This document shows, piece by piece, positions 19,450 to 29,312 of a stretch of DNA of 64,000 bases. The notes under the pieces are model-generated. The model saw only the letters and a list, made by a program, of their open reading frames with translations. It did no database searches and was not told the origin of the DNA. This stretch comes from Pseudomonadota bacterium (GTDB lineage Bacteria > SZUA-182 > DTGQ01): the NCBI GenBank assembly GCA_030625085.1, contig DAOURK010000008.1, positions 2,024 to 66,023 on the forward strand, in the 5' to 3' direction. Both the position numbers and the translations under genes were made by a program. Numbering within the stretch: the first letter of the stretch is position 1; the number at the start of each line of letters is the position of its first letter.

Positions 19450-19477
19450 GTAGCGCAGGGCTGAAGCCCTGCGCTAC
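19450..19477. repeat. GTAG-type REP palindrome
   Basis: GTAGCGCAGGGCT-GA-AGCCCTGCGCTAC, perfect 13-bp arms, intergenic. Confidence 0.75.
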
Positions 19478-19548
19478 AGGATAAAATTTAATATCTATCT
19501 ATGGCACCCTTTTAAATGCATTAATTTTAGCCCAAAACAACCCCTGGC

Positions 19549-20178
19549 TTAACTTCTGCGCCTCCTTGGACTTCGCCTCCTTTGCCTGGGTAATGGTATT
19601 TCCTTCACTAGGTCTTTGACCACTTCATTAATCAAACAATCCACCTGGCCGATATAGTTTATGCCGAACCACGTCTCCTTATGACGGCCATAAGAAAAGG
19701 CGCATCCCATCCACAGGATAGGGGTCCCTTCTTCCATGCTGATCATTTTCATGATCAGGCCAAATCCCGGATCGGGGGTTTCCTGGTACTCACAGATCGC
19801 CCCTAAGATAATGGCTTTTGCCCGAAGGTTTTTCCCGATGGCTGAAGCTTGTTTTGAAGTCAAGTATCCGGTGTGTCTGAGTCTTTGCCGCAAAATGACC
19901 CTATCTACCCTCTCCCAGGATGAAAGGGTATAGATTTCATCCAGGTTTTGATAGACGGCTTTCATTACATCATCAATCACCAAAAAGCGCCCACTCAAAT
20001 TTTCAAAAGGAAGAACAGCTACTTTTGTCCCGTAGCCCGGCTTTTTTGCCCTCATCAAGAAAATAGGCAGATCTATTGCCTCTATAGCCATTGATTCTCC
20101 CGCCAAAAGAATGACTGCTAAAACTTGCAGGCAGACAAAAAGGCCCAGATAGATAAAAACAATATATGGCCTCTGCAT
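19549..20178 (-). CDS. CsgG/PelC/GNA1162-like secreted protein
   Basis: VAVLPFENLS...AKAIILGAI...MISMEEGTPILW; signal peptide without an obvious lipobox. Confidence 0.7.
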   Translation of the reverse strand: MQRPYIVFIYLGLFVCLQVLAVILLAGESMAIEAIDLPIFLMRAKKPGYGTKVAVLPFENLSGRFLVIDDVMKAVYQNLDEIYTLSSWERVDRVILRQRLRHTGYLTSKQASAIGKNLRAKAIILGAICEYQETPDPGFGLIMKMISMEEGTPILWMGCAFSYGRHKETWFGINYIGQVDCLINEVVKDLVKEIPLPRQRRRSPRRRRS

Positions 20179-20193
20179 CGCTTATCCTTCCCA

Positions 20194-20805
20194 TCATTTA
20201 TAGATGAGTGTTTCCACAATTTTTTTACATGCCTTAATAGCCGTCTCAGTCACCGTTCCCTCCCCTATCCCCAGGATACTGGGAAGGATGCGGTTTCCTT
20301 TCTCAGTATGACTGATCGCCCAGATAATTGACCCTGTCTTGGCATCAATCATCCTTAAAGATAGAGAGACTTCCGGATAAGAACCGGAGCCGCTGCGAAC
20401 TATCCTATATTCTTCAACATTTCCCAGGACGATCCCTTGAATTTTGAGAGCCTGCCCGAGTTCTTTGGCTACCTCCTTGGTAATTGTTCCTTTAAAGGTT
20501 TCCTGCCCGGGCGCTGAGGCAGCCAGGTTAATGTTATTTATAACCTGTAATAACTCTCCCAACTCGGGGACTTCAACCATTTCGGAGGCCAATAAGGTGG
20601 TGACAAAAATATCTCTCACCTTTTTATGAGCAAAACGATCATTAGTAAAATTTTCAAATGGGAGTACGCCTACCTTTTTGACAAACCGGAAATTGACGTT
20701 CGGATTAATGTAAACCTTAGATTTTGTAGCCACGCAACCGATATAACCGAACAACATCAAAAAAGAGACCATAGACAGCAAAATCCTTGATTTCATAGAC
20801 CTCAT
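20194..20805 (-). CDS. CsgG/PelC/GNA1162-like lipoprotein
   Basis: Lipobox YIGC; VGVLPFENFT...IQGIVLGNVEEY...LRMIDAKTGSIIW. Confidence 0.78.
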   Translation of the reverse strand: MRSMKSRILLSMVSFLMLFGYIGCVATKSKVYINPNVNFRFVKKVGVLPFENFTNDRFAHKKVRDIFVTTLLASEMVEVPELGELLQVINNINLAASAPGQETFKGTITKEVAKELGQALKIQGIVLGNVEEYRIVRSGSGSYPEVSLSLRMIDAKTGSIIWAISHTEKGNRILPSILGIGEGTVTETAIKACKKIVETLIYK

Positions 20806-20904
20806 ATTATGTCATCTCTCCTCTATTATTTAGTGCCTGAATAAAACCCCTTCTTTTTGTTATTTCGATTTCTGTCCTGTCATTTCGACATTGTATCATG
20901 TCTA

Positions 20905-22557
20905 TTAAAAAATTTGTAATGTTAACCCGAGCTTCACAATTTGTTCCTTTGACGGATATTGATACTGTAAGTCTAAACGAATCTTGCTGGTGATATTAAT
21001 GTCCATTCCCCCTAAAAAGTAAGGTTCAAATTCGCCTGATCGATAGCTCACATCAAACTCCAACTTGGAAGTGGGACGCCAGTTGAAAGAATATTGATAA
21101 CTTGTCTCATTGCCTCCATAACCACTAGTATACCCGACATCGAGCATAAAGGTCCTCACCGGCCTATAGACTAATTTTGTTTCAAGATTACCCGAAGAAT
21201 CGGTCCCCCCATCACTTTTACCACTATCCGCCGTCCATTCGGACCTTTGTGATATTGAAGCCTTTAGATTCGGCAACAAATTCAGGTTAAAATGACTATT
21301 TACTCTTTTTCCCACCCTTTTAGTGTCGGAAATAAAATTCTTGGTCTCAGTAAGCCCTATATCCATGGCAAGGTCTACGCCCTGGTAAACAGTGGTTGAT
21401 CCGGTCAAAAGAAAAGACAACCGGTGATTCTGTTTTGTTCCCCCGCTTTTATCAGTGTAATTACTTATAAGAAAAGAGGTTTTAATGGGATACATGGGTT
21501 TATTCGGATCAAAGATTAATCCCTTTAGTTGAGGGTCCATCTTCAGTGAATAGGTAGTCGCCTCTCTCGGCTCGGAACCGGGGCCCATCCCACTCCTGTT
21601 ATAATTCATACCGAGGGTTATGGGGATATTATAGGGCGCGAATTTAGGGTCAAGGGAAAGACTGAATATATGCCCTATTGAGCTGTCTTTATGATCAGGG
21701 TGGTCCGTTTCGATCCTATTCATAAATAATCTATACCCGGGTTTCATCCATTCAGTAACTTTCCCATCAATGTTAATATGGGCATTCTGCTCCAATGTTT
21801 TTTTAACCAGGCCCTCTTTATCCAGGCCTTCTTCCTCTTTATCCCGGCTTTGATCTTTATCCCGGCTTTGACTCACCTCATATCCCGTTCCGATATTTAA
21901 TCTCTCATTAAAGAAGGAAAATCTCTGCCCGATCCGACCGCTGTTTAAAAGATCATAGGTGGTGGTTACCTTGCCGTTCTTATCCCATCTACGGTAGTTG
22001 TAACTGTGATCCAGGGTTAAAAATCCGATGGTTAACGAATAATTCTCGCTAACGGATGCTCCCTTTTCTCTGGTAATGTTTCCCCCTTCCCGATCCTCTT
22101 TTTGATCTTGGAATTGGCACAGGATATGAGGCAGCCACTTCGGCCGCCAGGCAAAACTGGTGTAACCCCTTTCATTTATATAGGAGCTTTTTTCTTCGGA
22201 AATAAAATCCTTGCTCCAGCCTAAATTCACATCCATCATCTGATGCCCCAGTCTCATATTCAGGGAGGGCAACGCTTGGGCCCGTTCCCTGGCCCCCTCT
22301 TCTTCCCTTGTCTCCGACCTGAACTCAAGTTTAAGGCCGGCGTCGTATAAGGGCGGTAATCTCCTTAATAAAATCACATCATACGTCTGCGTAAAGCGAG
22401 TATTTCGTTTATCATCAGTTTTTCTCTGCTCCCACAAAAAATCTGCCGAGCCTTGCATGCCGCGAGCTTTAGCTAGAGGACACAGAGTTATGAACATCCA
22501 AAGGGTAAAGCTCAACATTATTAAACCCACATTGCTTTTTATTGCCCTCTTCCTCAT
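20905..22557 (-). CDS. Outer-membrane beta-barrel protein (putative cytochrome conduit/porin)
   Basis: Signal peptide; alternating amphipathic beta-strand pattern; C-terminal LGLTLQIF (terminal Phe); embedded in the cytochrome cluster. Confidence 0.75.
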   Translation of the reverse strand: MRKRAIKSNVGLIMLSFTLWMFITLCPLAKARGMQGSADFLWEQRKTDDKRNTRFTQTYDVILLRRLPPLYDAGLKLEFRSETREEEGARERAQALPSLNMRLGHQMMDVNLGWSKDFISEEKSSYINERGYTSFAWRPKWLPHILCQFQDQKEDREGGNITREKGASVSENYSLTIGFLTLDHSYNYRRWDKNGKVTTTYDLLNSGRIGQRFSFFNERLNIGTGYEVSQSRDKDQSRDKEEEGLDKEGLVKKTLEQNAHINIDGKVTEWMKPGYRLFMNRIETDHPDHKDSSIGHIFSLSLDPKFAPYNIPITLGMNYNRSGMGPGSEPREATTYSLKMDPQLKGLIFDPNKPMYPIKTSFLISNYTDKSGGTKQNHRLSFLLTGSTTVYQGVDLAMDIGLTETKNFISDTKRVGKRVNSHFNLNLLPNLKASISQRSEWTADSGKSDGGTDSSGNLETKLVYRPVRTFMLDVGYTSGYGGNETSYQYSFNWRPTSKLEFDVSYRSGEFEPYFLGGMDINITSKIRLDLQYQYPSKEQIVKLGLTLQIF

Positions 22558-22649
22558 AATTATTGTATTTACTATCTAAAAATGCCATTCTTCATTTGTC
22601 AGTGGACATTGTTGTTTTGTAATAGTTCAGCACACTATTACGTTGTTTT

Positions 22650-25600
22650 TTATCTGGTCCATCTAATCTCCTCCAATTCTTTGGAGGTTGGGATTTTTGA
22701 AGTGACCCTCACATTAAATTTGGCCGTGCCCGGCTCTTTGCCCGCCTGATATACGGCCCTGGCTTGACCTGAAAAATCCGTGATCTCATCGATTTTCAAA
22801 ATTTTGCCGCCGCCGCTGATTACCCTAACAGAAGGCGCCACACCACGGCAAGGATTTTTATTTATGTCAGTGACCTTTATGGTTAAGGTGCAGGTACTTT
22901 TCCCATCAGCAGGAATTCTTTCCGGTTTCACGCTTACCTCAAGAACAGCCGGTGCATCGCTTTTGAGAATGATATGGGTTTTTGCTCCCAGGGGAGGTGT
23001 TGCCGTCACATCTGTTGCGGTTATTTCTACCGTACCGATTGATCTTCCGGCTACATATTTCACCTCGGCCTTGCCCCCGGCATCCGTATAGGCTTCTCTG
23101 GGCTGAAGATATCCGTCACCCATGGACACGATAAAGGTTATTCGATGGCCCTTCACCGGTGTGCCGGTCCGGTCGATCAGCTCGGCTTTGATTTGGGACC
23201 TGCCCACACCGTCTGCCGTCAGCCATTGAGGAGAGGCTGATAAGGAAAGGTAATACTCTTGTCCCCTGGCCCTCATCCTAGCCTTGGCCTGCTCTATGGG
23301 AAGATATTGCTCTACCTGTGCCTGAGTTTCAAGATATGAGGTGAGATAGCCGAATCCCACATCCCCGGTGATCTGATCCTCGGCCCGAAAAATAATGGTC
23401 TTGGCGGCAAATCCTGTTTGATACTCCATGGATATTTGTCCGAAACCATCAGTTGTAAATACATACGATTCGCCACTTGCCGTGGGATCGTTTATCCCAA
23501 AGAGCGGATTGACTACATATCCGATATCCGCTTGATTCAGTTTCCCCAGACCGACCAGGCCGGTGTATTCAGAGGATGCAAAAAGCGTGACCCCAACCTG
23601 CCTGTCTGCTATACCACGGCCCCGTGCATTTTTCAGCAAAGCCAGCACCCGGCCCCTGGAGAGGCTGTCTGCCTTAAGCTCGGGAGGCAGCGGTCGCACC
23701 TCAATCCTGCTCTCAGTATCCATGGTGATAGTATGAGAAGATCGAAAGGGAAGGGAATATTGACCGAATTCATCCCTGAGGGACGCAAAGACATATCCCT
23801 GTATTATCCGCTCAGTGGGCAGCACTGTATATTCACTTTCATAGGTGCCGGGATCATCCGTTTCCATTAAGGCGATGTTTCTTTTGGGCGTGGAGATTAA
23901 CCGGGGATGCCCATCGTTGTTTACAGCCGTTATAAAGAAAGAGTCATTAAGATCAGATTCATTATCAGTCACCTGATATTCCCGCGCCCCAAGACCGAGC
24001 ATAGCTAAAGGGTTTTGCTTGTCCGGGGAAAAGGCCGGCCAGGTGCCCCTATAGATGCGGTATGCTGATATATCCGGATTATCCGACTCACTGAATCCGG
24101 ACCAGTCAAGGGACACCGTACGATCTTCATTAACAAAAGCCCCCAGGTGAAAAGCGCCCTTACAACCCGGCGTGCCCCTGACAATTATTTTAAATAGATC
24201 TCCGGTCACCAGACCTACCGAACCTCCAACCTGAAAGCTGTCTTCCTCAATCGCGTAAATTTCCGGTTTTGCTCCGGCTGAGCGTCTGACAACAGAGACT
24301 CTGTTGCTTAAAGTACGGCTGGTGCTATTACCCGAGGGATCGGTAAGCCGGCCTGTGATGATCATCCCTTCGGCCTCGTCAACGTCCTGAAAAACATATT
24401 TTCCCTCATACCTTCCTTTTTCAAAGGATTCTATCATAACTATATCTTTTATTCGGCCCCCCAGGGAAAATGCGGCTTTACATCCCGGCTCTCCGATCAT
24501 TAAAAGAGAAATGTTCTCACCGAGGTTCCATACTTCTTTCTCGCCGATTACCCGTATCTCGGTAATAAAGGGCGGAATTGTATCGGGAGGCACAAAAACT
24601 TCAGCTATAGAAGAAGGGGCGGACTCATTTTCAGCCTCATCAACAGAGGTAATAAGATAATAATACCTGGTATCCGGCCTCAGGTCAAAGTCTTTATATT
24701 CGCGCCTGTCCGGGGGCAGGTCCGAGGCCAGGCGGCTGTTAACATCCGGGGTAATACCCTCATTCAAGCCCCGATAGATTCTGTAGGAGGCGATTTGTTC
24801 ATCCGCTTCTTCTGCTGCGGGCCATAAAAGGCTGACGCTGCCATCCGAATTAAGGGCCGCCTCAAGCCTTGCCGGCGCAGGGGGAGGCAGATTATCAATC
24901 TTTAAGGGGAACGGGGATTCTTTGGATCTGATCTTACCCCGCCCATCATCTAAAAATCCGGTTACCTTGAGTTGCGCCTGATCTGTTTCCCCGGGGATAA
25001 GATACTTTCCTATATAAGTGCCGGTACCATCAGTCTCCTCCATAAAAATAGGCTCGGCCAGGCCCTCAATCGTAAAATAGGCCCTTTGGCCGGGGCTCCC
25101 TGTAAGCGTGGCCACCATCTGCCGTCCGCCTTTAAGGGGGATCTCTCCCTGGCTGAGGGACACTGAAAAGATGTACAAAGCTTCATAAGAGACCCTCACC
25201 TCTTTGGGAAATCGGGCCTCATTACCCATACTGTCCACGGCAGCCACCGTATATAAATAAACCTTTCCCTTGACAATTTTTCTGTCCTCGTACACAGGCC
25301 ATCTCAAAGGCTCATACCGGGTAATTCGAACCCATTGCGGTCCTTCCCCCTCCAGGCGGCGATACACATAATATCCTGCCACCAACTCGTCCAGGTCCTC
25401 CTCCCAGGTAAGGCAAATCGTATCTCCCTCAATTTTTGCCGAAAGCCCCTTCACCTCTTCCAATGTTTTAAGCTCCTTTGGTGTCAGACTCACAGGTGTG
25501 GCCCTGGCCTCCTCAGAATAGGTGCTCTCCATACCCGGCATATCTTCAACAGTCAGTACATAATAATAATTCTGCTCAGGACTGACCTCCTTATCCATAT

Positions 25601-27956
25601 ATCTGTTTACATGGTCCGGCTCAGAGCTGATCAGAGCATAGGGCCCTCCGGGGGTTTGACTGCGATAGAGGTGATAGCCCCTGATATTCTCATCAGGATA
25701 TTTTTCCCAGCTAAGCTCAACCAGCCTTTTCCCTGCGGTTGCTATAAAGCCGCTCGGGGGTGCCAGGGGGGGGAGGGGGACACTTTTCAGCCTGCTCTGC
25801 CCTTTCTTGCCTGGCTTGGGCTTCGGGTTATGAACATTGAAGGCGGGGCTGGCCGCGCTGGTAACGTCGTAGTCTTTGCCGTGGCAATTATAGCAATGCG
25901 TGGTGCCGTCCGATTCATGGTGGCTCTGTTGTCCCATTTCAAGCTCGGGTATCGCGGCCATCACAATCCCGTCCACCTCGGGGCATTGGCCATTATAAAG
26001 CGTGCAGTTCGGATCATCGCTGGGCACATGACAACTGAAACAAAAAGGCCGGCATTGGCTGGCCATGGTTTTGGTGTCGATAATCCCATCATATCCCGGT
26101 CGCTGATCGCTGAGCAGATAGGCATTCGGTAGACCAATATCGGCATGTCCTCTAGTGCCGTGCGGATTATGGCAATTTGAGCAGGCCAATCTATCCCCCA
26201 CCTGAATATGATCCGGCCAGTAAGAAGCGCTGTTGGTGGACTTTCTGATCATATGACCTGCAGTTTCGGGATTTATGGATTTATTATAATAATGGGAGAT
26301 ATTTTTGTTTTCACTATCCATGCCGGCCGGACCATCATGGTCGTGACATTTTAAACACAGTTCATAGTTGAGCGGCTCATCGCCCTGAGAGGACCCCTTG
26401 GTGCTGAGATAGGTGTCAATGAGCATATCAAAGGCATTGCCCGTGCCGTGAGGAGAGTGGCAATTCACGCAACGTCCTACGCCGGACGAATCCTTTATCG
26501 GCATATCAGGATCATTCCGGTGTGGCGAAAAAAACTTCTGCGGCGGGCCATCATCCCAGGTGTTCGGGTTCTCAAAAACATCCATCCCGGGCCAGGCCAC
26601 CCGATTGTTGAGTCCGGGCGCCTTTGCCCCTGAGACAAAATATTCGAAATATCCCGGATAATCAGAGCCGGCCGGCGCCCTGTCTTCTTCCTGGGCCGGG
26701 TAGCCGGAATAGCCTCCCGTGGGCGTAAAATCGTGGCAACCCGTTGTATAACATAAGGCATTGGTATTATCGGTAAACAGATTGTAGTCCTTTCCGACGT
26801 GCTGAAGGTGACATTGGTTGCACTCTCCTTTGAGCCACCGATCATCCCTGGAAAGCCCCGTATCCGGATGGCCGTGGGGCGAAACATCATAAATTCCATT
26901 ATCCTCGTCGTCAGTCCCTCCCCTAAGGTGACATGCCTGGCAGGTGCCCACCATGCGCGAGCCGTCCTCAAGAGTGGATGTTTCCGGATCATCGTACATA
27001 AGACAAAAGAGCTGATCCGAACCGTGGGCTTTATGGCAGGAGGTGCACCCGGTTTCATTATCGCTTACGGATTTGGTACCGATCTCCCCTAAGGGCGAAA
27101 TGTAGGGAGGCCTGGATAAAACGAGGCTTGACCACCAGTATCCCAGACCACCGTCCGCGGTTCCATCGATATGTAGGTTAGTGACACCCTGCGCAAGAGT
27201 AATTCCCACCGTAGGATGCCTTATCCAGGTGTCCGTATCGAGGGCCTGTGTATCTCCAGATGAAGAGCCGCCCATATTGGCATCTCCCCCGTCGCCGTAA
27301 AACTGCCCATGGCAGCCCGCGCACCAGGCGGAAAGGCCGTAATTATTGTCTGACTCTGATTGGCGGTGTTTAATATTGCCGACCTTATAATGTTCGGCAA
27401 GAGGCGTATCGAGTAATTGTTGCACGGCAACATCACCCCCATAGGTCCCTGTTTCATAGGTCACTGTAATGTTGACGGCCTGACCCGGGTTCGTCCTCAA
27501 GTTGCGGTAATAGTCATTGCCATGGGGGTTATGGCAGGTGATGCAGGTCAGGGGATCACCCGACCACGTCCCCGAATAACCCGGTGGCGTGACAGTGCTT
27601 CCCAGGGAGTGCTTACTCGGAGAATTGGGATCAATGGACAATTCCCCGGCGCTGGAAATATAGCGTTCCTCCCCCAGTACATTGGGGGCTGAGGTGTCGG
27701 TGCCGTCATGGCACATCAGGCACATCTCATTGGTCAAATTCTTGAGCAGTCTTTCATAGGGGCCGGCTTGACCCCAATCGGCCGACACCCCGCCATCCTG
27801 GCTGTAATGAATAGTATGGCAATCCGAACAATAAAGATTTTTAGACCCGACATGGAAATCACCGGCCACAGCGGTTTTTTTCACCCATGGGCATAGCAAA
27901 AAGAAAAATAAGAAAACCATGGGTAAGAAGATATGTATTTTGGGCTTTCCAGTCAA
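22650..27956 (-). CDS. 1768-aa fusion: OmcS-like hexaheme domain, 7-heme domain, FN3-like repeats and Big_1/invasin-type Ig domains
   Basis: FH...CSDCHTIHYSQ start, SAWCAGCH, WIRHP, CTSCHKAHGS; 13 heme motifs (one CYTTGCH); FN3 motifs (LSW...GYHLYRS...YYYVLTVED..ES); Big_1 motifs (L.ADG.S...TD..G.A...Y.AG); TTG start. Confidence 0.88.
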   Translation of the reverse strand: MTGKPKIHIFLPMVFLFFFLLCPWVKKTAVAGDFHVGSKNLYCSDCHTIHYSQDGGVSADWGQAGPYERLLKNLTNEMCLMCHDGTDTSAPNVLGEERYISSAGELSIDPNSPSKHSLGSTVTPPGYSGTWSGDPLTCITCHNPHGNDYYRNLRTNPGQAVNITVTYETGTYGGDVAVQQLLDTPLAEHYKVGNIKHRQSESDNNYGLSAWCAGCHGQFYGDGGDANMGGSSSGDTQALDTDTWIRHPTVGITLAQGVTNLHIDGTADGGLGYWWSSLVLSRPPYISPLGEIGTKSVSDNETGCTSCHKAHGSDQLFCLMYDDPETSTLEDGSRMVGTCQACHLRGGTDDEDNGIYDVSPHGHPDTGLSRDDRWLKGECNQCHLQHVGKDYNLFTDNTNALCYTTGCHDFTPTGGYSGYPAQEEDRAPAGSDYPGYFEYFVSGAKAPGLNNRVAWPGMDVFENPNTWDDGPPQKFFSPHRNDPDMPIKDSSGVGRCVNCHSPHGTGNAFDMLIDTYLSTKGSSQGDEPLNYELCLKCHDHDGPAGMDSENKNISHYYNKSINPETAGHMIRKSTNSASYWPDHIQVGDRLACSNCHNPHGTRGHADIGLPNAYLLSDQRPGYDGIIDTKTMASQCRPFCFSCHVPSDDPNCTLYNGQCPEVDGIVMAAIPELEMGQQSHHESDGTTHCYNCHGKDYDVTSAASPAFNVHNPKPKPGKKGQSRLKSVPLPPLAPPSGFIATAGKRLVELSWEKYPDENIRGYHLYRSQTPGGPYALISSEPDHVNRYMDKEVSPEQNYYYVLTVEDMPGMESTYSEEARATPVSLTPKELKTLEEVKGLSAKIEGDTICLTWEEDLDELVAGYYVYRRLEGEGPQWVRITRYEPLRWPVYEDRKIVKGKVYLYTVAAVDSMGNEARFPKEVRVSYEALYIFSVSLSQGEIPLKGGRQMVATLTGSPGQRAYFTIEGLAEPIFMEETDGTGTYIGKYLIPGETDQAQLKVTGFLDDGRGKIRSKESPFPLKIDNLPPPAPARLEAALNSDGSVSLLWPAAEEADEQIASYRIYRGLNEGITPDVNSRLASDLPPDRREYKDFDLRPDTRYYYLITSVDEAENESAPSSIAEVFVPPDTIPPFITEIRVIGEKEVWNLGENISLLMIGEPGCKAAFSLGGRIKDIVMIESFEKGRYEGKYVFQDVDEAEGMIITGRLTDPSGNSTSRTLSNRVSVVRRSAGAKPEIYAIEEDSFQVGGSVGLVTGDLFKIIVRGTPGCKGAFHLGAFVNEDRTVSLDWSGFSESDNPDISAYRIYRGTWPAFSPDKQNPLAMLGLGAREYQVTDNESDLNDSFFITAVNNDGHPRLISTPKRNIALMETDDPGTYESEYTVLPTERIIQGYVFASLRDEFGQYSLPFRSSHTITMDTESRIEVRPLPPELKADSLSRGRVLALLKNARGRGIADRQVGVTLFASSEYTGLVGLGKLNQADIGYVVNPLFGINDPTASGESYVFTTDGFGQISMEYQTGFAAKTIIFRAEDQITGDVGFGYLTSYLETQAQVEQYLPIEQAKARMRARGQEYYLSLSASPQWLTADGVGRSQIKAELIDRTGTPVKGHRITFIVSMGDGYLQPREAYTDAGGKAEVKYVAGRSIGTVEITATDVTATPPLGAKTHIILKSDAPAVLEVSVKPERIPADGKSTCTLTIKVTDINKNPCRGVAPSVRVISGGGKILKIDEITDFSGQARAVYQAGKEPGTAKFNVRVTSKIPTSKELEEIRWTR

Positions 27957-28005
27957 TGTCTTTACCTTTCAGCACACCACGGAGGCACAGCGTCAAGGAG
28001 AAAAA

Positions 28006-28239
28006 TCAAAAGACAAGCCTCTTGATTCCCTCTTTTAAAATAGGCACATTAAAATTTATAATAAGGCCTACCTTCATACCGGATAATCTTAAATAGGTTA
28101 GCAATTGTGCCTCGTGAATTGGCGCTATTGTATCAACTACTTTAAGTTCAAGAACAACCTTTTCTTCAACCACAATATCCATCCGATATCCACAGTCGAG
28201 CTTGATGCCTTTATATTCAAGGGGAAGAGGACTTTGTCG
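28006..28239 (-). pseudogene. GxxExxY-family (PD-(D/E)XK-like) protein, C-terminal remnant
   Basis: QSPLPLEYKG..LDCGYRMDIVVE..VVLELK...IHEAQLLTYL..SGMKVGLIINFN is clear; the N-terminal half with the GxxExxY motif is absent and the position is occupied by the NHL gene end. Confidence 0.8.
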
Positions 28240-29290
28240 AGAGGGCCTGGAGACGACCTGCACCCTTTTCCAATACATAGACAATGCCTTTCGGATCAAC
28301 GGCAATATCTACCGGATAGATAAACATACCCGGCACACGGCCACGCGCTCCGATATGGAATAGATATTGCTCCTCGGGGCTAAATACCTTAACTGAATGC
28401 CTGAAGGCATCTACAATAAAGATCCTGCCCTCGCTATCCGCCGTAAGGCTGCTGGGGAATGAAAAACTGTCGTCATATAAAGCCCCATGTCGGCCAAAAG
28501 AAGAAACACGCTTGCCCTCAGGGTCCATGACGATAACGACCGGTGAGCCTTGGGCCGTAGTTACATATATCTTCCCTTTCGGGCCTACACCCAAGCCGGT
28601 CGGCAAAAGGCTTTTTTTATCTTTCCAGTGTTTACCGAGTCTTTTAATCACTTTACCCCCACCGGACATGACCCACACTATTCCCGTACTCCGGTCAATA
28701 ACCAGAAGGTTGCCTTGATGGTCGAAAGCCATTCGCCCCGGTGTTAATTCCCATCCCTTTTCATTCTTTTCCTTAGGGATGTTGGGGAGGGATGCTCTCC
28801 AGATACCTTTCCGGTCAAAAACCTCAATCGTTTTTTCGCTGATTTGGCTGATATATACACATTCGGATGATCCTTGATGATTTCCGATGACCAAATCAAA
28901 AGGCCGTTTAAGAGGCCGGGAGGTGTGAAATTGGCCGGCGGCATGACCATCAGTACCAAATATCATTACCCGATTGTTGTCAGTATCGGCCACATATATT
29001 CGAGAAGAATCAGTATTTAGGCAACACCCTTGAGGCCGCTTTAAGGGCAGGCCATCCGGTAAGCCGCTTGTCTGCCACAGGGCTTTATAGGTAATTTTCA
29101 GTCCTTCGGCCGATTTCGCCCTATCTTTTGTCCCCAAGTTTGAACTGCTTGAACTATTTGTATACGGCTGTTTACAAATAGCGTCGCTGGGCATACATAT
29201 TGGGGTTATTAAAAATATAAAAAAAGAGAGGGTAATATAGAGGGTATAACTCACGCTAAAAATTAGCCCTTTTCCCCTGTAATACATCAT
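28217..29290 (-). CDS. NHL-repeat beta-propeller protein
   Basis: IYVADTDNNRV, FSFPSSLTADSEGRIFIVDAFRH, FIYPVDIAVD; start moved to ATG 29290 to avoid overlap. Confidence 0.85.
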   Translation of the reverse strand: MMYYRGKGLIFSVSYTLYITLSFFIFLITPICMPSDAICKQPYTNSSSSSNLGTKDRAKSAEGLKITYKALWQTSGLPDGLPLKRPQGCCLNTDSSRIYVADTDNNRVMIFGTDGHAAGQFHTSRPLKRPFDLVIGNHQGSSECVYISQISEKTIEVFDRKGIWRASLPNIPKEKNEKGWELTPGRMAFDHQGNLLVIDRSTGIVWVMSGGGKVIKRLGKHWKDKKSLLPTGLGVGPKGKIYVTTAQGSPVVIVMDPEGKRVSSFGRHGALYDDSFSFPSSLTADSEGRIFIVDAFRHSVKVFSPEEQYLFHIGARGRVPGMFIYPVDIAVDPKGIVYVLEKGAGRLQALSTKSSSP

Positions 29291-29312
29291 TAAAATAATG
29301 ATAAAAATTTCT

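Noticed and set aside
19502..19519. TGGCAC...TGC resembling a sigma54 promoter
   Set aside because: GG-to-GC spacing is 3 nt too long and it points against the operon
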